Assembly (NCBI RefSeq): GCF_036588685.1
Contig: NC_086380.1
Span: forward strand, 44,826,001-44,890,000
Direction: 5' to 3'
Source of the DNA: Mytilus trossulus
Lineage: Eukaryota
DNA: 64,000 nt
In this document: positions 63,727 to 64,000 of the stretch, in pieces
Position numbering within the stretch: position 1 is the stretch's first letter
Layout: each line of letters begins with the position of its first letter
Notes under the pieces: generated by a model
Seen by the model: only the letters and a program-made list of their open reading frames with translations
Databases searched by the model: none
What the model was told of the DNA's origin: nothing
Made by a program: the position numbers and the translations under genes

Positions 63727-64000
63727 ATACTGATCAATTGGGTTTAACTCCTTTATAGAACAGATGGTTTCAATCATATTAGTATATGATCTTGTGTTAC
63801 AGATCATTTTTTTTCTTCGCAGTATTGTTTTAAGGAAGATGGCAAAAACTCTAAAATTGATCAACAAATGCACAGAGGAATCTGATTCTGATTATTTTGT
63901 TAAAAATTAGAAGAGTACCTGTAAGAGGTAGACTTGAAAATTTGAACAACTGTAAACCAGCAGAATTTCTGTTTATACAATGATTTTCAATATGGGACAA

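Noticed and set aside
47072-64000. Synapsin host gene around the TIMP (the usual nested arrangement)
   Set aside because: No synapsin-like exons recognised on the plus strand in this window; larger flanks are needed to exclude it.

Overview
Very AT-rich, repeat-dense eukaryotic DNA. The repeat content resembles a bivalve genome such as Mytilus (inference). I reconstructed two spliced genes on the minus strand by hand from GT/AG sites and intron phases. (1) A 5-exon, 344-aa opsin, most like Opn5/neuropsin: complement(join 4424..4678, 5812..6128, 7924..8031, 8625..8807, 33588..33759), with a 24.8-kb first intron. (2) A 5-exon, 242-aa divergent TIMP/NTR protein that the ORF track largely misses: complement(join 50215..50484, 54941..55044, 55330..55435, 56267..56385, 57510..57639). 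It lacks the N-terminal CxC motif, has 10 N-glycosylation sequons and ends in a GPI-signal-like hydrophobic tail. Non-coding DNA holds many copies of a ~355-nt repeat carrying a minimal type I hammerhead ribozyme (retrozyme), decayed Penelope-like retroelements, and non-autonomous DNA transposons (Transib-, Ginger-, Kolobok-, Helitron- and Helentron-like). It also holds minisatellites. Most short ORFs in the track are spurious.
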